From: an uncultured delta proteobacterium
Lineage (GTDB): Bacteria; Desulfobacterota; Desulfobacteria; Desulfobacterales; SG8-13
Direction of reading: 5' to 3'
NCBI GenBank assembly: GCA_963848135.1
Contig: CAWKCK010000017.1
Span: 434,001 to 498,000 of the forward strand
Length of the DNA: 64,000 bases
In this document: positions 1-11,466 of the stretch, piece after piece
How positions within the stretch are numbered: position 1 is the first letter of the stretch
Layout of the letters: the number at the start of each line of letters is the position of its first letter
The notes under the pieces: model-generated
Told to the model about the DNA's origin: nothing
Databases searched by the model: none
What the model saw: the letters and a program-made list of their open reading frames with translations, nothing else
Program-made: the position numbers and the translations under genes

Positions 1-452
1 AAGTGGATGTTACCGGAAAAAGGATACTGTTGCCGCGAGCAGCCGAAGCACGCCCGATCCTGCCCAAGGAACTTAAAACGATGGGAGCGATGGTCGATGA
101 AATTACTGTATATCATACCCGGCCAGTAATCGATCATGCCGAACGGCTGATCGAAGAATTAGAAACCAATGCCATAGATATGATTACTTTCACGAGTTCA
201 TCCACCGTTTCCAACTTCAAATCCCTGCTGCCCGAAGACCGATTCGCAGAGTTGGTCAAGTCAGCAACCATCGCCAGTATTGGCCCGATAACCACGGAGA
301 CTGCCGAAAAATTGGGGTTCAAAGTGCACGTCACGGCTGAAAGGTTCACAATTCCCGGCCTGGTAGAAGCAATCCTGAACCATGCATACCAATCAACCAA
401 GCAAATCCAGATGACAAGGCAGGCAATACCCCGCGGGGCCACCACGCTGTGA
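1..452 (+). CDS. hemD: Uroporphyrinogen-III synthase domain (3' end of HemD or CobA-HemD fusion), partial
   Basis: ILLPRAAEAR, FTSSSTV and IGPITTETA motifs of HemD; ORF open at the window start. Confidence 0.9.
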   Translation, partial: VDVTGKRILLPRAAEARPILPKELKTMGAMVDEITVYHTRPVIDHAERLIEELETNAIDMITFTSSSTVSNFKSLLPEDRFAELVKSATIASIGPITTETAEKLGFKVHVTAERFTIPGLVEAILNHAYQSTKQIQMTRQAIPRGATTL

Positions 453-778
453 TTTCCCGAAAGGCACGACGTCCCCTTTTTGGCCAAAACGGGGGTAATG
501 AACGGGAAGCCATCTGACGTCTTTCATGGTCAATGGTCTTCGCAGCGACGCTGTCGCCCCACTGCCATGAGCCTCGAATAACGCCAATTCGGTTCCATCT
601 CGGATCATTTAAACACACCTGGGGCGACAATGCCCTTATAGCCAGACTGAATCAGTGGACGATTTCATCGAACGATTCTTTTTTTAGAAACTGCAAACCG
701 GATCTTGCAAAGTTGCGGGTTAAAACACCTCTTTGTAATGATCTCGGAACGTGTTTGCGTCGCGCACAAAGGTCCTGT

Positions 779-807
779 TTGACACTTTTGACAATCGGCG
801 ATAGATT
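779..807 (+). promoter_or_regulatory. Sigma70-type promoter of moaA
   Basis: TTGACA(779-784)-17 nt-TAGATT(802-807), 33 nt before the ATG at 840. Confidence 0.55.
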
Positions 808-839
808 CAGGTCCGATATTGAGTATAGGATTTCATACA

Positions 840-1832
840 ATGCCTGACCATCAGATGATCGATCGCTACAACCGCCACCTGAACTACCTGCGGATATCTA
901 TTACCGACAGATGCAACTTGCGCTGCATCTACTGTGTCCCGGCAGACCGTTTGCGTCGTTTGTCGCATGCGGATATCCTGCGGTATGAAGAAATCCTGCG
1001 TTTGGTCGAGGTTGGGGTGGGCCTTGGGATCTCCAAGGTCAGGGTTACTGGCGGTGAACCCCTGGTGCGAAAAGGTGCCGGCAACTTTCTGGCGGACCTG
1101 TCTCAAATACCCGGGATTGCAGAGGTCACTCTGACAACCAACGGTATTTTACTCAAGGAAAATATTACTCGCATCAAGGCTGCCGGAATACGGCGGCTAA
1201 ATATCAGCCTGGACACCCTTCAGAAGGCAAAGTTCCGAAGAATCACTGGTAATGACCTCTTCGACCAGGTATGGAAGGGCATCACGACAGCCAGTGATGC
1301 CGGGTTCGACCCCATCAAGCTCAATGTCGTTGCCTTAAGGGGGATCAACGATGATGAGTTCCTCGCTTTTGCCGGTCTCACCCGAGATTATCCATTTCAC
1401 ATCAGATTTATTGAATACATGCCGATCGGCAAGGCACGCTTGAAATTTGGCCCGCCCTTATTGGTTGCCGAAATAAAGGAAAAACTGCGCCGTTTGGGTG
1501 CGCTGGTTCCAATCGAAAAAGATCCTGGCGATGGTCCGGCCGAACGATTCAGAATAGAAAATGCCGTTGGAGAAATTGGCTTTATCAGCGCACTAAGCCA
1601 CCACTTCTGTAACAGCTGCAACCGTCTGAGACTTACCGCCAGCGGTCAGCTGCGTCCCTGCCTGCTGTCGGATCGCCAGCTTGATCTCAGGGGACCGTTG
1701 CGAAACGGTGCATCCAATGGGAAGCTGGCCGAAATTTTCTGCCGGGCAGTCTTAAACAAACCTTCAGACCACAGTCTCACCATTAACGAACCCTCCGGCG
1801 TTACTTGTCAAATGTCATCCATCGGTGGTTGA
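840..1832 (+). CDS. moaA: GTP 3',8-cyclase MoaA (radical SAM)
   Basis: YLRISITDRCNLRCIYC, TGGEP, FCNSCNRLRLT..G.LRPCL, C-terminal MSSIGG. Confidence 0.97.
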   Translation: MPDHQMIDRYNRHLNYLRISITDRCNLRCIYCVPADRLRRLSHADILRYEEILRLVEVGVGLGISKVRVTGGEPLVRKGAGNFLADLSQIPGIAEVTLTTNGILLKENITRIKAAGIRRLNISLDTLQKAKFRRITGNDLFDQVWKGITTASDAGFDPIKLNVVALRGINDDEFLAFAGLTRDYPFHIRFIEYMPIGKARLKFGPPLLVAEIKEKLRRLGALVPIEKDPGDGPAERFRIENAVGEIGFISALSHHFCNSCNRLRLTASGQLRPCLLSDRQLDLRGPLRNGASNGKLAEIFCRAVLNKPSDHSLTINEPSGVTCQMSSIGG

Positions 1833-2109
1833 TCTGGCGATGTGCCCGGGACAATGACCGGAACCAGATGCGTTTTCGGGGCGTTCTCCTGATATGAACC
1901 ACAAGGTGATATGTAACAAAGCCGGTAGCTGTGAATTATTTTTGTACTGGTGCCTCCTGACAGGTTCGGATGGTCGAAACGTGGTTTTTCAAGCAATGAT
2001 TGTGTATGCGCCGGAGAAAGAAATCTGGCATAATCAGGGTTGATGAGATAAAATAGAAACTTCCTTAAACTGGAAATAATCAGTAGATGGATTTTCAAAA
2101 CCTTTTATC

Positions 2110-2535
2110 ATGACGGCAACCCTTTCCCTGACTAACGACATCTCTGAATTCCAACGTCTCGCCCGTGCGATAGATGACATCGGTTCAGGACATTCCCTCA
2201 CCAAAAGACTTGTTCACGATGCTACCCTGGCCGTGGAAGAAATATTTTCAAATATTATCAATCATGCCTATGATGACGAAAATGTCCACCAAATTAGCTG
2301 TCATATATATATCGAGAATAACCAATTGAATCTCGAAGTCACTGATGACGGTCGGCCTTTCAACCCGTTGACCATGCCAGCGCCTGATATCCTTGCACCA
2401 CTTGAAAACAGATGCATTGGCGGCCTGGGCATCCACATCGTGCGGCGATTGATGGATGCATTAGAATACCGGCGGGTTGAAAATAAAAACATCCTGACCC
2501 TGAAAATCACCCTTGCCGGTGCAAACCCCGTGTAG
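2110..2535 (+). CDS. Anti-sigma factor / Ser-Thr kinase, RsbW-like HATPase
   Basis: EEIFSNIINHAY, DDGRPFNP, GGLGIHIV motifs. Confidence 0.9.
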   Translation: MTATLSLTNDISEFQRLARAIDDIGSGHSLTKRLVHDATLAVEEIFSNIINHAYDDENVHQISCHIYIENNQLNLEVTDDGRPFNPLTMPAPDILAPLENRCIGGLGIHIVRRLMDALEYRRVENKNILTLKITLAGANPV

Positions 2536-2855
2536 TTCATATTTTAAAATTCACATCAAAATAACCTCCCGTGCAAACCAATTTCGCCGTCATGGCTGTA
2601 TAGCGCACAATTAAGGTGGCGTCATTTTAAGCTTGATAACCTGTTGACTTTCTTCTAATCTCAATTGACTTAATAATTACAGCTGCTTTAACTGCACGCA
2701 ACCGCGGCGGCACAGGCATTAAACCGCTTTTCAATAATAAATTCCGAACAATGTAATAGTAGTATAAGTGGCTGTAGAAAATGACGTTCGAATGCTGGAA
2801 CGTTTTATTAACAAGCGCTATAAAACAACCGATCGGAACCGAGGGAGGTTGATTC

Positions 2856-3680
2856 ATGACGACCACGTTAAATTACTGTAAAGGATTATTTGCCACAGGT
2901 ATGATTCTGTTGATGCTGATTGCCGGATGCGCTCAGCCCAGCAAGCCGTCACCGGATTCAAAACCCGCCGATGACGCCGTCCTCAGGGTCGGGGTGTCCA
3001 CCAATTCGCCCCCCTTTGTTTTCAAACAGTCCGGGGAAATTGTCGGACTGGATGCCGAACTGGCACATGAATTTTCAAGTTTTATCGGTAAAAAACTACG
3101 CTTTGTCGAACTGAAGTGGGTAGACCAGATTCCGGCCCTGCTGGATAAACGTACCGACATCATCATGTCCGGAATGACGATTACTAAAATGCGCGAGATG
3201 CGCATCACATTCAGCTCTCCCTACTATCAAACCGGACAAATGGCCATGGTCCGAAGGGAAAATAAAAACCGTTTCCCGACCGGTTATTACGGCATTCTCG
3301 GCCAGTCCCCGGCCATGCACTTCGGCGTCGTCAAAGGGACTACCGGCGAGATATTTGTCCGAAAATACTTTGAATCGGCAAAAAAAATTACCGCTTATCA
3401 AACAGGGGAAGAAGCAATGAATGCTCTTCTAACACCGTTTCTGGTCAATAGGATCGATGCCTTCGTCCATGACGGACCGATACTGCTCATGCTACTGTCA
3501 CAGCAGCCATCGGCGGAGTTGGCCATTGTCCCCTCCCTTCTGACGGAAGAAGATCTCGCCTGGGGGATTCGAAAAACCGATCCCGAATTGCTCGATGCGG
3601 CCAATCGTTTCATCGACAGTCTGCGTAAAAACGGCAAATTGGAAAAAATGGTTCGCCGCTGGATTCCCTATGCAGAATAA
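2856..3680 (+). CDS. Amino-acid ABC transporter substrate-binding lipoprotein (SBP family 3)
   Basis: Lipobox LIAGC; PPF..K.SGEIVGLD, IIMSGMTIT..R..FS.PY; RBS GGAGG. Confidence 0.9.
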   Translation: MTTTLNYCKGLFATGMILLMLIAGCAQPSKPSPDSKPADDAVLRVGVSTNSPPFVFKQSGEIVGLDAELAHEFSSFIGKKLRFVELKWVDQIPALLDKRTDIIMSGMTITKMREMRITFSSPYYQTGQMAMVRRENKNRFPTGYYGILGQSPAMHFGVVKGTTGEIFVRKYFESAKKITAYQTGEEAMNALLTPFLVNRIDAFVHDGPILLMLLSQQPSAELAIVPSLLTEEDLAWGIRKTDPELLDAANRFIDSLRKNGKLEKMVRRWIPYAE

Positions 3681-3698
3681 ACCCATGAGGAGAAAAAA

Positions 3699-6272
3699 AT
3701 GACCGCCAAGCGAAACGGCATCCCACGGCGTCGCATTATTGCTGCATTCATTACCTTTGCGGCGATCTTAACGGTCGCGCCCAATGGACTCGAGCCAACC
3801 ATAGCCGATGCGTCTCCTCAGGCGGTGTTAGCGGCCCAGAAATCTAAAGGCGAAAAGGCTTCATCCGACAGCGTCCAGCTGCCCGAACATATCGATGCCC
3901 AAAATATTGACGATTACATGGCCGCTCTCACCGACGAACAGGTCCGGCGCCTATTGATCGAAGCTTTGAAAAAGCAAGCCGCAGAGGAAGCCAAGACGAC
4001 AAAGCCGGAAGAGGACACCGGCCGATTGGTCGGGTTCATCAACAGCTCGAAAGAAGTGTTGGAAAAGTTGAAAGAGCGCATCGCTTTCCTCCAAACCGGC
4101 GCAACCGCAGCGCCGGCACAAATACCATCGATCTTTACATACCTGGGCACCGGCGAGAAGGCGTCCCATCCGGAACGAACCATTTTCAGTGTTGTATTCG
4201 TGTTCGCAGCCGCCTTCGCTGTCGTGCTTCTGTTCCGTTTTCTGACGGCCGGCATCCGTAAGCGTATCGAAGGCAGTCCCGGTTCCAAATTTATTACGAG
4301 AATCGGCGCCTCCACCGGGCTGGCGTTGCTGAGCATTGCCGGTATGGTGCTGCTCGTAGGGGCGACACTGACGGGTTTTTATGTATTTCTAGACCGTACC
4401 ACACCCCAACGTGTGCTGGTGGCCACTTACCTGGTGGCAATCCTGATCGTCTGGGCGGTATCCGTGGTATCAAAATTTTTCCTGGCACCAAACGGAGGAA
4501 ACCGGCGTTTCTTGCCGATCACCGATGACGCCGCCGTGTACCTGTATCGCTGGATCGTTGCCATTGCGGCAATCGGCAGCTTCGGGACCCTGACCTGTGG
4601 CATCATCCGCCTGGCGGGTGCCAGCGAAGCGGCCCATTTCAAATCATTGGTACTGGTCGGCCTTGTCATCGCCGGCATGCTTATCTGGATGATTGCCGGC
4701 CGGCGCAGACAGGTCGCTGTTCTACTTTTGGCAGAACCTGCCGCCAAACAGCCTCCGCGCCGGAGCTGGCCCAACGCTGGCACATCTTCGCCGGTCTGGG
4801 GGTCATCCTGCTGTTGGCTTTAACCACGGCAGAAAACCTGCTCCAAGACACATCCCGCTTCCTGGGGATCAAGACATTGGCGATGATTCCCCTGTATCTG
4901 TTTCTTGACTGGGGGTTGCGGCAAATACTGGACGTCAGCTTCGGCCTGGCTCAACGGCCGGATGATTTGAAAATTGCCGTTGATGGCGTTGGACTTGGTA
5001 ATAATGTCGATCGCATTGAGTATGAGGACGATCTATCGATACCCGACGAAGAAGATATTGTCGACGACCCTCAATATAAACCCACCGGGTCGTCAGACCG
5101 ACGGGGAATCTGACCCTGCCGGTGACCGCGAAGCGGCGATTGGGGTCGCAGATCTCGAAAACGGATGCTGATGCAGCAGAAGAAAAAAAGAACGAATTAT
5201 CGCGCCATGTCAATCTCCAACGCATGCAGCGCGTCATCCGGATCGGTCTGCGGAGCGCACTGGCGGCCTGGATGGCCTTCTGGCTCCTAGGCATATGGGG
5301 AATCAGTTTGCCCATCGGAGAACGCGTTTCCGAGGCCGTCTTCAACATTCTGGTGGTTGTGATCATCGGCTATGTCGTTTGGGAGGTGATGAGCGCTGCT
5401 ATCCAGCGACGTCTCAGGCAGGAGATGCCGGATGACGATGAAGAACATGAGGAGGGCGGTGCCGGCGGGTCCCGCATCGGCACCTTCTGCTGATACTGCG
5501 CAAGTTCATTCTGGTCGTGATCGTTATCATGGTGACACTGATCACCCTGTCTTCCATTGGTATCGACATCGCCCCGCTGATCGCCGGTGCCGGTGTGATC
5601 GGCCTGGCCATAGGCTTTGGCGCCCAAACCCTGGTCAAAGACATCATCTCCGGAGTTTTTTTTCTGATCGACGATGCCATCCGGGTCGGTGACTATGTCA
5701 ACACCGGCAAGCAGAAAGGAACGGTGGAACACATCTCCCTGCGGGCTCTAAGGCTCCGTCATCCGCGCGGCATGGTCTACACGATTCCTTTCAGCGACAT
5801 CAGCTCGGTCACGAACTTCAGCCGGGACTACATCATCACCAAACTCGATTTTCGCATCCCCTTCGACACAAACCTCGAAAAAGTCCGCAAGCTCGTCAAA
5901 AAGAAAGTCTACAAGAAAATACTCGCAGACGAAAAACTGGCGCCAAAACTCATCGGTAAGATCAAATCTCAAGGGGTCCGTGAACTGGATGATTCGGCCA
6001 TGATCATCCGCGTAAAATACAAAACGCCTCCTGGAGAACAGTTCGCGATCCGCAAAGAGGTTTATCGACTCATGCAGGAGGCGTTTCAAGAGGCCGGCCT
6101 CAAATTTGCGCACCGCAACGTGACCGTCGCCCTGCCGCCTGAGGTCCAGCAATCCCTGGTAAATGCGGACAAGGACACCAGAGAAAAGGTACTGGAATCG
6201 GTCGCCGCCGCTGCCGGCGCTGTTATTCAGGCGGAAGATGAACAAAAAGCGGCCACAGCAAAAAAATCCTGA
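3699..6272 (+). pseudogene. Large MscS-family mechanosensitive channel split by about 5 single-base indels (probably assembly errors)
   Basis: Consecutive fragments 3699-4823, 4814-5113, 5122-5493, 5517-6272 join into one protein; the last has the MscS core AGAGVIGLAIGFGAQTLVKDIISG, IRVGD, GTVEHISLR. Confidence 0.85.
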
Positions 6273-6323
6273 ATGGTCCGGTATCGGCGGGTTTAAGAAC
6301 CTAATATCAAAGGTGAGGGCAGC

Positions 6324-7538
6324 TTGAAAAATTTCGACTTCGTACTCATCGGTGGCGGAATCGTCGGGACAGCGACGGCCTGGAAGCTAAAGCAGCGCTA
6401 TCCCGATGCAGATGTCCTCCTGATCGAAAAAGAGCCGTCTGTGGCCGGCCACCAAACCGGACACAATTCAGGCGTCATTCACGCCGGTGTCTATTATGCC
6501 CCGGGGAGTCTCAAGGCTGATTTCTGCAAGCGGGGTGCCTCCTTGACCCTGGCGTTCTGCCGTGAGCACAACCTGGCTTATGAGCAGTGCGGCAAGCTGC
6601 TGGTTGCGACCGATGCGACCGAATTTGACCGTATGGGATCGTTGGAGGAAAGATGTCGCCAGAACGGGATTGAAACCCAACGCCTGTCGGAAACAGAGTT
6701 AAGAAAAAAGGAACCGAACATCGCCGGAATCGGCGCACTGTTGGTACCGGCCACCGGCATCACCGATTACAAAAAAATCACGGCCAAAATGCGCGATCTC
6801 TTCGCCGGACTGGGCGGCGAAGTCAGGTGCGGCACCCGGGTCAGGGGGATAAAAGAGCTTAAGGATACTGTTCATATTCAAGTGGATGCCGGCAACCAGG
6901 ACGGTGCCGTTGGGGCACATCACCTGGTCGTCTGCGGCGGGTTGATGGCTGACCGTCTGGCCCGAATGACAGGTATCGACATCGATTTCCAGATTGTCCC
7001 CTTCCGCGGGGAATATTACCGGCTTGCTCCTGAGTACAAACACATTGTCAATCACCTCATCTATCCCATACCCGACCCGGACTTGCCATTTCTGGGCGTG
7101 CATCTCACCCGCATGATCGACGGCTCCGTAACCGTCGGGCCCAACGCGGTCATCGGTTGGAAACGGGAAGGGTATGGTCGAATCAATTTTGATTTGAGGG
7201 ACAGTATGGAAATGCTGTCCTTTGACGGTTTTTGGAAGGTTCTCAGACAGAACTACCGGTCGGGATTGGGTGAAATCAGGGACTCACTTTTTAAACCAGG
7301 ATACTTGAAAAGGGTGCGCCGGTACTGCCCACGCCTCAAATCCGGTGACCTCCGTCCCTATCCGGCCGGTATCCGCGCCCAGGCCGTCAAAAATGACGGC
7401 AGCCTGGTGCACGATTTTCTCTTTGCAGAGAGCGAGCGTTCCTTGCACGTCTGCAATGCCCCGTCCCCGGCGGCGACTTCGGCCATACCGATTGGCGACT
7501 ACCTGCTAGAAAAGGTCATGCAAAAGTTCAAGCTCTGA
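6324..7538 (+). CDS. lhgO: L-2-hydroxyglutarate oxidase/dehydrogenase
   Basis: IGGGIVG FAD motif, HQTGHNSGVIHAGVYY, PFRGEY, HVCNAPSPAATSA; TTG start. Confidence 0.93.
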   Translation: MKNFDFVLIGGGIVGTATAWKLKQRYPDADVLLIEKEPSVAGHQTGHNSGVIHAGVYYAPGSLKADFCKRGASLTLAFCREHNLAYEQCGKLLVATDATEFDRMGSLEERCRQNGIETQRLSETELRKKEPNIAGIGALLVPATGITDYKKITAKMRDLFAGLGGEVRCGTRVRGIKELKDTVHIQVDAGNQDGAVGAHHLVVCGGLMADRLARMTGIDIDFQIVPFRGEYYRLAPEYKHIVNHLIYPIPDPDLPFLGVHLTRMIDGSVTVGPNAVIGWKREGYGRINFDLRDSMEMLSFDGFWKVLRQNYRSGLGEIRDSLFKPGYLKRVRRYCPRLKSGDLRPYPAGIRAQAVKNDGSLVHDFLFAESERSLHVCNAPSPAATSAIPIGDYLLEKVMQKFKL

Positions 7539-7671
7539 TCTACGGGTGGACCGGCTGATGGCAAACGGATGAGGGCGAATGCCGAGGACGACTGGACGAC
7601 GCGATAAAAAGAAAAACCATTCACGCCGTCCATATATACCCTTTCGATATTTCTGAAGCCCGGAAACAGCA

Positions 7672-7706
7672 AGGGCACCTCACACCGTTACCGCATGAGA
7701 TGCCCT
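7672..7706 (-). terminator. Hairpin just downstream of the csp gene, probable terminator
   Basis: Minus strand AGGGCATCTCATGC..GTGTGAGGTGCCCT stem, 22 nt after the stop; weak U tail. Confidence 0.5.
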
Positions 7707-7728
7707 CGCATTAAATCAAACCGTCAGG

Positions 7729-7929
7729 TTAAACAACGATCACGTTCACCGCAGCAAGACCCTTCTGGCCTTGCTCGACGTCAAAAGTCACCCGGTCGCC
7801 CTCGTTAAGAGTCTTGAAGCCGGACCCGCTGATTCCGCTAAAATGAACGAATACATCCGTCCCGTCTTCTTGTTCGATGAAGCCGTAGCCCTTTTTCTCG
7901 TTAAACCATTTTACCGTTCCATTGGCCAT
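7729..7929 (-). CDS. Cold-shock protein (CspA family)
   Basis: [15 protein letters not shown] (RNP1), DVFVHFS (RNP2); RBS GGAGGG. Confidence 0.97.
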   Translation of the reverse strand: MANGTVKWFNEKKGYGFIEQEDGTDVFVHFSGISGSGFKTLNEGDRVTFDVEQGQKGLAAVNVIVV

Positions 7930-8136
7930 AGAGACACCCTCCTTTCATTGAAATTTCTCATGGTCCCAAACTGCAGGTGCCACTTGGTCAAATGGATCCT
8001 ACCTTCAGTACGAAACCGGCCCGCTGCTCATTGTAAACGAACCCTCGATGATTACGAATAATATATAATCTGTTAGATGATAAAATCAAGCGATTTGTGT
8101 GGGATGAACGATCTCTGTCCGAATCTATATGATCAA

Positions 8137-8835
8137 TTAACGATCCGAACCGTTATGACTCCCCCCATTGGGGTTCGTGATGTGCATCCCTACCAATCGG
8201 GCAACTAAAACAGTGAGATATATTTGCCCGATGATCGCTTCCAGAATTGAAAAGGAGTAGGCCGGGGCCGTCAAAGGCGATATGTCACCATAACCGAGTG
8301 TGGTCAACGTAACATAACTGAAATATAGATGTACCAGACGGGGGTTTTCGGTCCAGCCTTGCAAAACGCTGAAGGATCCGGGCGTGATGGTGTCTATCAG
8401 TGAATAGATACTGGCCCACATCAACCCCATGAGAAGATAGCCGATGAGGGCCGCGTAAATGACGTCAGGGGTGACCCTCTTACTTTTGAGCAAAAACGAC
8501 AGCAGTACAATAAGCGTATAGCTGAAAAAAATGATGCTGAGAGCACTGCTGAAAACCTCAATGGTGATACCGCCGCTGAATTCTCTTGTCCAGATGGCCA
8601 CTAACGTTGGAATGGCCAATGATAACGCAATAACAGTGCTGCGTTTCTTCTGGCTGACGGCAAATATACCGGCCATGAGTATGATCGAAAAAAAGATATC
8701 GAGAAAAAACTTGAACTCTTTGGTTTTCTCAAGGACCGGGCCGAAAGCGAGATATACGAGAATGGCTGCCAGAAGGGATAAAAACCGGCCCTCCAGGGTG
8801 TGGCGAATAACCCGCGGTAGAAATTTTACCGGCAT
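8137..8835 (-). CDS. Potassium channel family protein (ion transport 2 domain)
   Basis: Multiple TM helices; selectivity filter YFSYVTLTTLGYGDISP. Confidence 0.9.
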   Translation of the reverse strand: MPVKFLPRVIRHTLEGRFLSLLAAILVYLAFGPVLEKTKEFKFFLDIFFSIILMAGIFAVSQKKRSTVIALSLAIPTLVAIWTREFSGGITIEVFSSALSIIFFSYTLIVLLSFLLKSKRVTPDVIYAALIGYLLMGLMWASIYSLIDTITPGSFSVLQGWTENPRLVHLYFSYVTLTTLGYGDISPLTAPAYSFSILEAIIGQIYLTVLVARLVGMHITNPNGGSHNGSDR

Positions 8836-8895
8836 AGAGCCTCCATGGTTCCAGCCCCCTTTAGTCCCACCAAGGATCTATCGGAATGCATCCCC

Positions 8896-10341
8896 TCAAG
8901 AATCATGCGGCGACCTCCGCGTCAGGTCGACGATCTCCATGCGATTGTTGCGTTCAGGGTGTTTTCGGGACGGCCCTTCGGTCATTACCACCAGGGAGCC
9001 GTCCAACTCCTGGGTCTTCAGCCAGTTCCGGATCCAGGCTCTCCAATCGCTTGGATGATCGGTTTCGTGATAGGGGAAAACACCATATGAAAAGACAAGG
9101 TCCTGACAGGTTTTACTGGCGCTGCTGACAGCCGTAATCCAAACCGGAAGCCGGAAGCGCGATATTCTTCTGGCCGTCGAACCGCCATGGGTAGGAACAA
9201 CCACCGTCACCGGAGTTATGCGCTGAAGCGTGGTTTCAACGCTCAGTGCGATCATGTCCGCAAGCCCAACGGGTTCTTTTAGGTTGCAGGACGTTAATTC
9301 ATCGTGGAGGGGAGATCCCGTTCTGTGAGGCTCGATGGCCGCGGCAATCGCCGCCAGCATGGCCACGGCGTCAACCGGGTATCGGCCCATGGCGGACTCC
9401 CCGGAAAGCATGACGCAGTCCGTTCCGTCCAGAATCGCGTTGGCCACGTCGGTGGCCTCGGCCCGGGTCGGTCTGCGGTTAGTGGTCATCGATTCCAGCA
9501 TTTGAGTCGCAGTGATAATCGGTTTTCCAAGCCGGTTGGCTTCACGCATGAGTCGTTTCTGAACGATGGCGATTTGCTCGATCGGGATTTCCACACCCAG
9601 GTCGCCCCGCGCCACCATGATGCCGTCCGCGGCTCCAAAGATTTCGCTGATGTTGTCCAATGCCCGGGACCGTTCGATTTTAGCGATAATGAATGGGTTG
9701 TAACCGCTGTCTGCCGCGGCCTGGCGAACAGCCGTGACGTCGGCGGCATTTTCAACAAAGGATTGACTGACGGCATCGACACCGTTTTCCAACGCAAACT
9801 CGAGGCAACGCCGGTCATGCTCGGTGAACGCACGGATACCCAGATCGATCCCGGGCAGATTGAGACCCTTGCGTGAACGCAGACGCCCCCCTACAAGGAC
9901 TTCGTTGCGGACCTCATTCCCGGTCACCTCTAATACTTTGAGTTGAACAAGACCGTCATTCAAAAACAGCCGATCACCGGGCGTCACCGCCTGGGGAAGA
10001 CCTTTAAACGTAACCGATACGGTCTCGCGGGTTCCTTCGATCTCCTCTGTAGTCAATGTAAAGATATCGCCCGGTTTCAATTCGATCGGCTCTTTGGCAA
10101 ATTCTCCAATGCGGATTTTAGGACCAGGAAGATCAGCCATGATGGCTACACGCCGTCCTGTGGTCTTCGCCGCGCTACGAATTTTTTGAATGGTCGTCTG
10201 GTGTTCGGCGAAATCACCGTGGGAGAAATTGAGACGCGCAATATCCATTCCGGCCTGGATCAGACCCTCGAGCATGCCGATTGAATCTGATGCGGGACCG
10301 ATCGTACAAATGATTTTTGTTTTATTCTTCGGGAATGACAC
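8896..10341 (-). CDS. pyk: Pyruvate kinase
   Basis: KTKIICTIGPAS, RLNFSHG, IAKIE, MVARGDLG, ATQMLESM, MLSGESA. Confidence 0.97.
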   Translation of the reverse strand: MSFPKNKTKIICTIGPASDSIGMLEGLIQAGMDIARLNFSHGDFAEHQTTIQKIRSAAKTTGRRVAIMADLPGPKIRIGEFAKEPIELKPGDIFTLTTEEIEGTRETVSVTFKGLPQAVTPGDRLFLNDGLVQLKVLEVTGNEVRNEVLVGGRLRSRKGLNLPGIDLGIRAFTEHDRRCLEFALENGVDAVSQSFVENAADVTAVRQAAADSGYNPFIIAKIERSRALDNISEIFGAADGIMVARGDLGVEIPIEQIAIVQKRLMREANRLGKPIITATQMLESMTTNRRPTRAEATDVANAILDGTDCVMLSGESAMGRYPVDAVAMLAAIAAAIEPHRTGSPLHDELTSCNLKEPVGLADMIALSVETTLQRITPVTVVVPTHGGSTARRISRFRLPVWITAVSSASKTCQDLVFSYGVFPYHETDHPSDWRAWIRNWLKTQELDGSLVVMTEGPSRKHPERNNRMEIVDLTRRSPHDS

Positions 10342-10518
10342 GGGATATCCCTTTTTTTGGGGGTTCGATGGCCGGGTTCATGCGGCCACCGACAATTTAA
10401 AGACGTAAGGTCCAATGCCCTCCACCAAAGCCGGAGGAATAGACGTTGAACCGCTCAAAGCGAGCTTTTATAATCAGTAATTCGGGCAACCAACGGGTCA
10501 TTGAATACTGTTGATTAT

Positions 10519-11271
10519 CTATTGCGGCTTCTGCTTCAGCTGATCGGCCACAGCCTGGGCAGCTTTTCTGACAACATCGGGATCACCCAGATAAAAGTGC
10601 CTGATCGGTTTCAGATCTTCTTCCAATTCATACACCAGGGGGATTCCAGTCGGAATGTTGAGGTCGACGATGTCCTTATCGGAGATATTTTCCAAGTGCT
10701 TGATCAATGCGCGCAGGCTGTTGCCGTGGGCTGCAATGATAACATTCTTGTCGGATTTGACTTGCGGCACGATGGTCTGTTGCCAGTATGGCATGAACCG
10801 TTCGACCGTGTCTTTGAGACACTCTGTGAGCGGTATTTCTTGCGATTCAAGTCCAACATAACGCGTGTCCTTGCCGGGGTATCGATCGTCATCGAGATTC
10901 AGCGCCGGTGGACGGACATCATAGCTGCGTCGCCAGATATGCACCTGTTCCAGCCCGTATTTAGCCACGGTATCGGCCTTGTTCAACCCCTGGAGTGCGC
11001 CATAGTGGCGTTCGTTCAACCGCCAGCTGTGAATAACCGGCAGCCATATCTGGTCCATTTCTTCCAGTACGAGCCAAAGCGTTTTGATGGCACGCTTGAG
11101 AACCGATGTGTAGGCCAAATCGAAAACATATCCCTCGCGCTTCAGCACGCGTCCAGCCTCGATGGCCTCGGTGACGCCCTTGTCAGTGAGCCCCACATCG
11201 GTCCAACCGGTGAAACGGTTATCCCGGTTCCACAAACTCTCACCATGGCGCAGTAAAACAAGCCGATGCAT
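10519..11271 (-). CDS. gpmA: 2,3-bisphosphoglycerate-dependent phosphoglycerate mutase
   Basis: [41 protein letters not shown] before ATG at 11271. Confidence 0.97.
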   Translation of the reverse strand: MHRLVLLRHGESLWNRDNRFTGWTDVGLTDKGVTEAIEAGRVLKREGYVFDLAYTSVLKRAIKTLWLVLEEMDQIWLPVIHSWRLNERHYGALQGLNKADTVAKYGLEQVHIWRRSYDVRPPALNLDDDRYPGKDTRYVGLESQEIPLTECLKDTVERFMPYWQQTIVPQVKSDKNVIIAAHGNSLRALIKHLENISDKDIVDLNIPTGIPLVYELEEDLKPIRHFYLGDPDVVRKAAQAVADQLKQKPQ

Positions 11272-11466
11272 AGTTTTTTCACCTCCCAAAAGGCCTCGCC
11301 TCTAAGGACTTCCCTTCAATCCGTCGGAAGCACCGGATGCGGAATTAAAAATCATATCACCAGTAATGGTTTAAAGTAAACGGCCATGCTGCCCTTCTCG
11401 ATGGACGCCAGAAGAATGACGACGCCGATATTTGCAGGTTGATGCGAATGGAGCGGCGAAAAATGT

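Noticed and set aside
453..839. Moco riboswitch before moaA; 10-bp inverted repeat TGTCGCCCCA/TGGGGCGACA at about 552-629
   Set aside because: No Moco motif recognised, and the predicted promoter leaves only a short leader; the inverted repeat alone is unexplained but weak
5111..5493. Selenocysteine read-through at TGA stops of MscS fragments
   Set aside because: The continuation is in a different frame, so these are frameshifts rather than in-frame UGA
10501..11256. 251-aa ORF antisense to gpmA (also 12406-13179, 47398-48435, 38778-39479)
   Set aside because: Shadow ORFs of well-conserved genes on the opposite strand; no motifs or clear RBS
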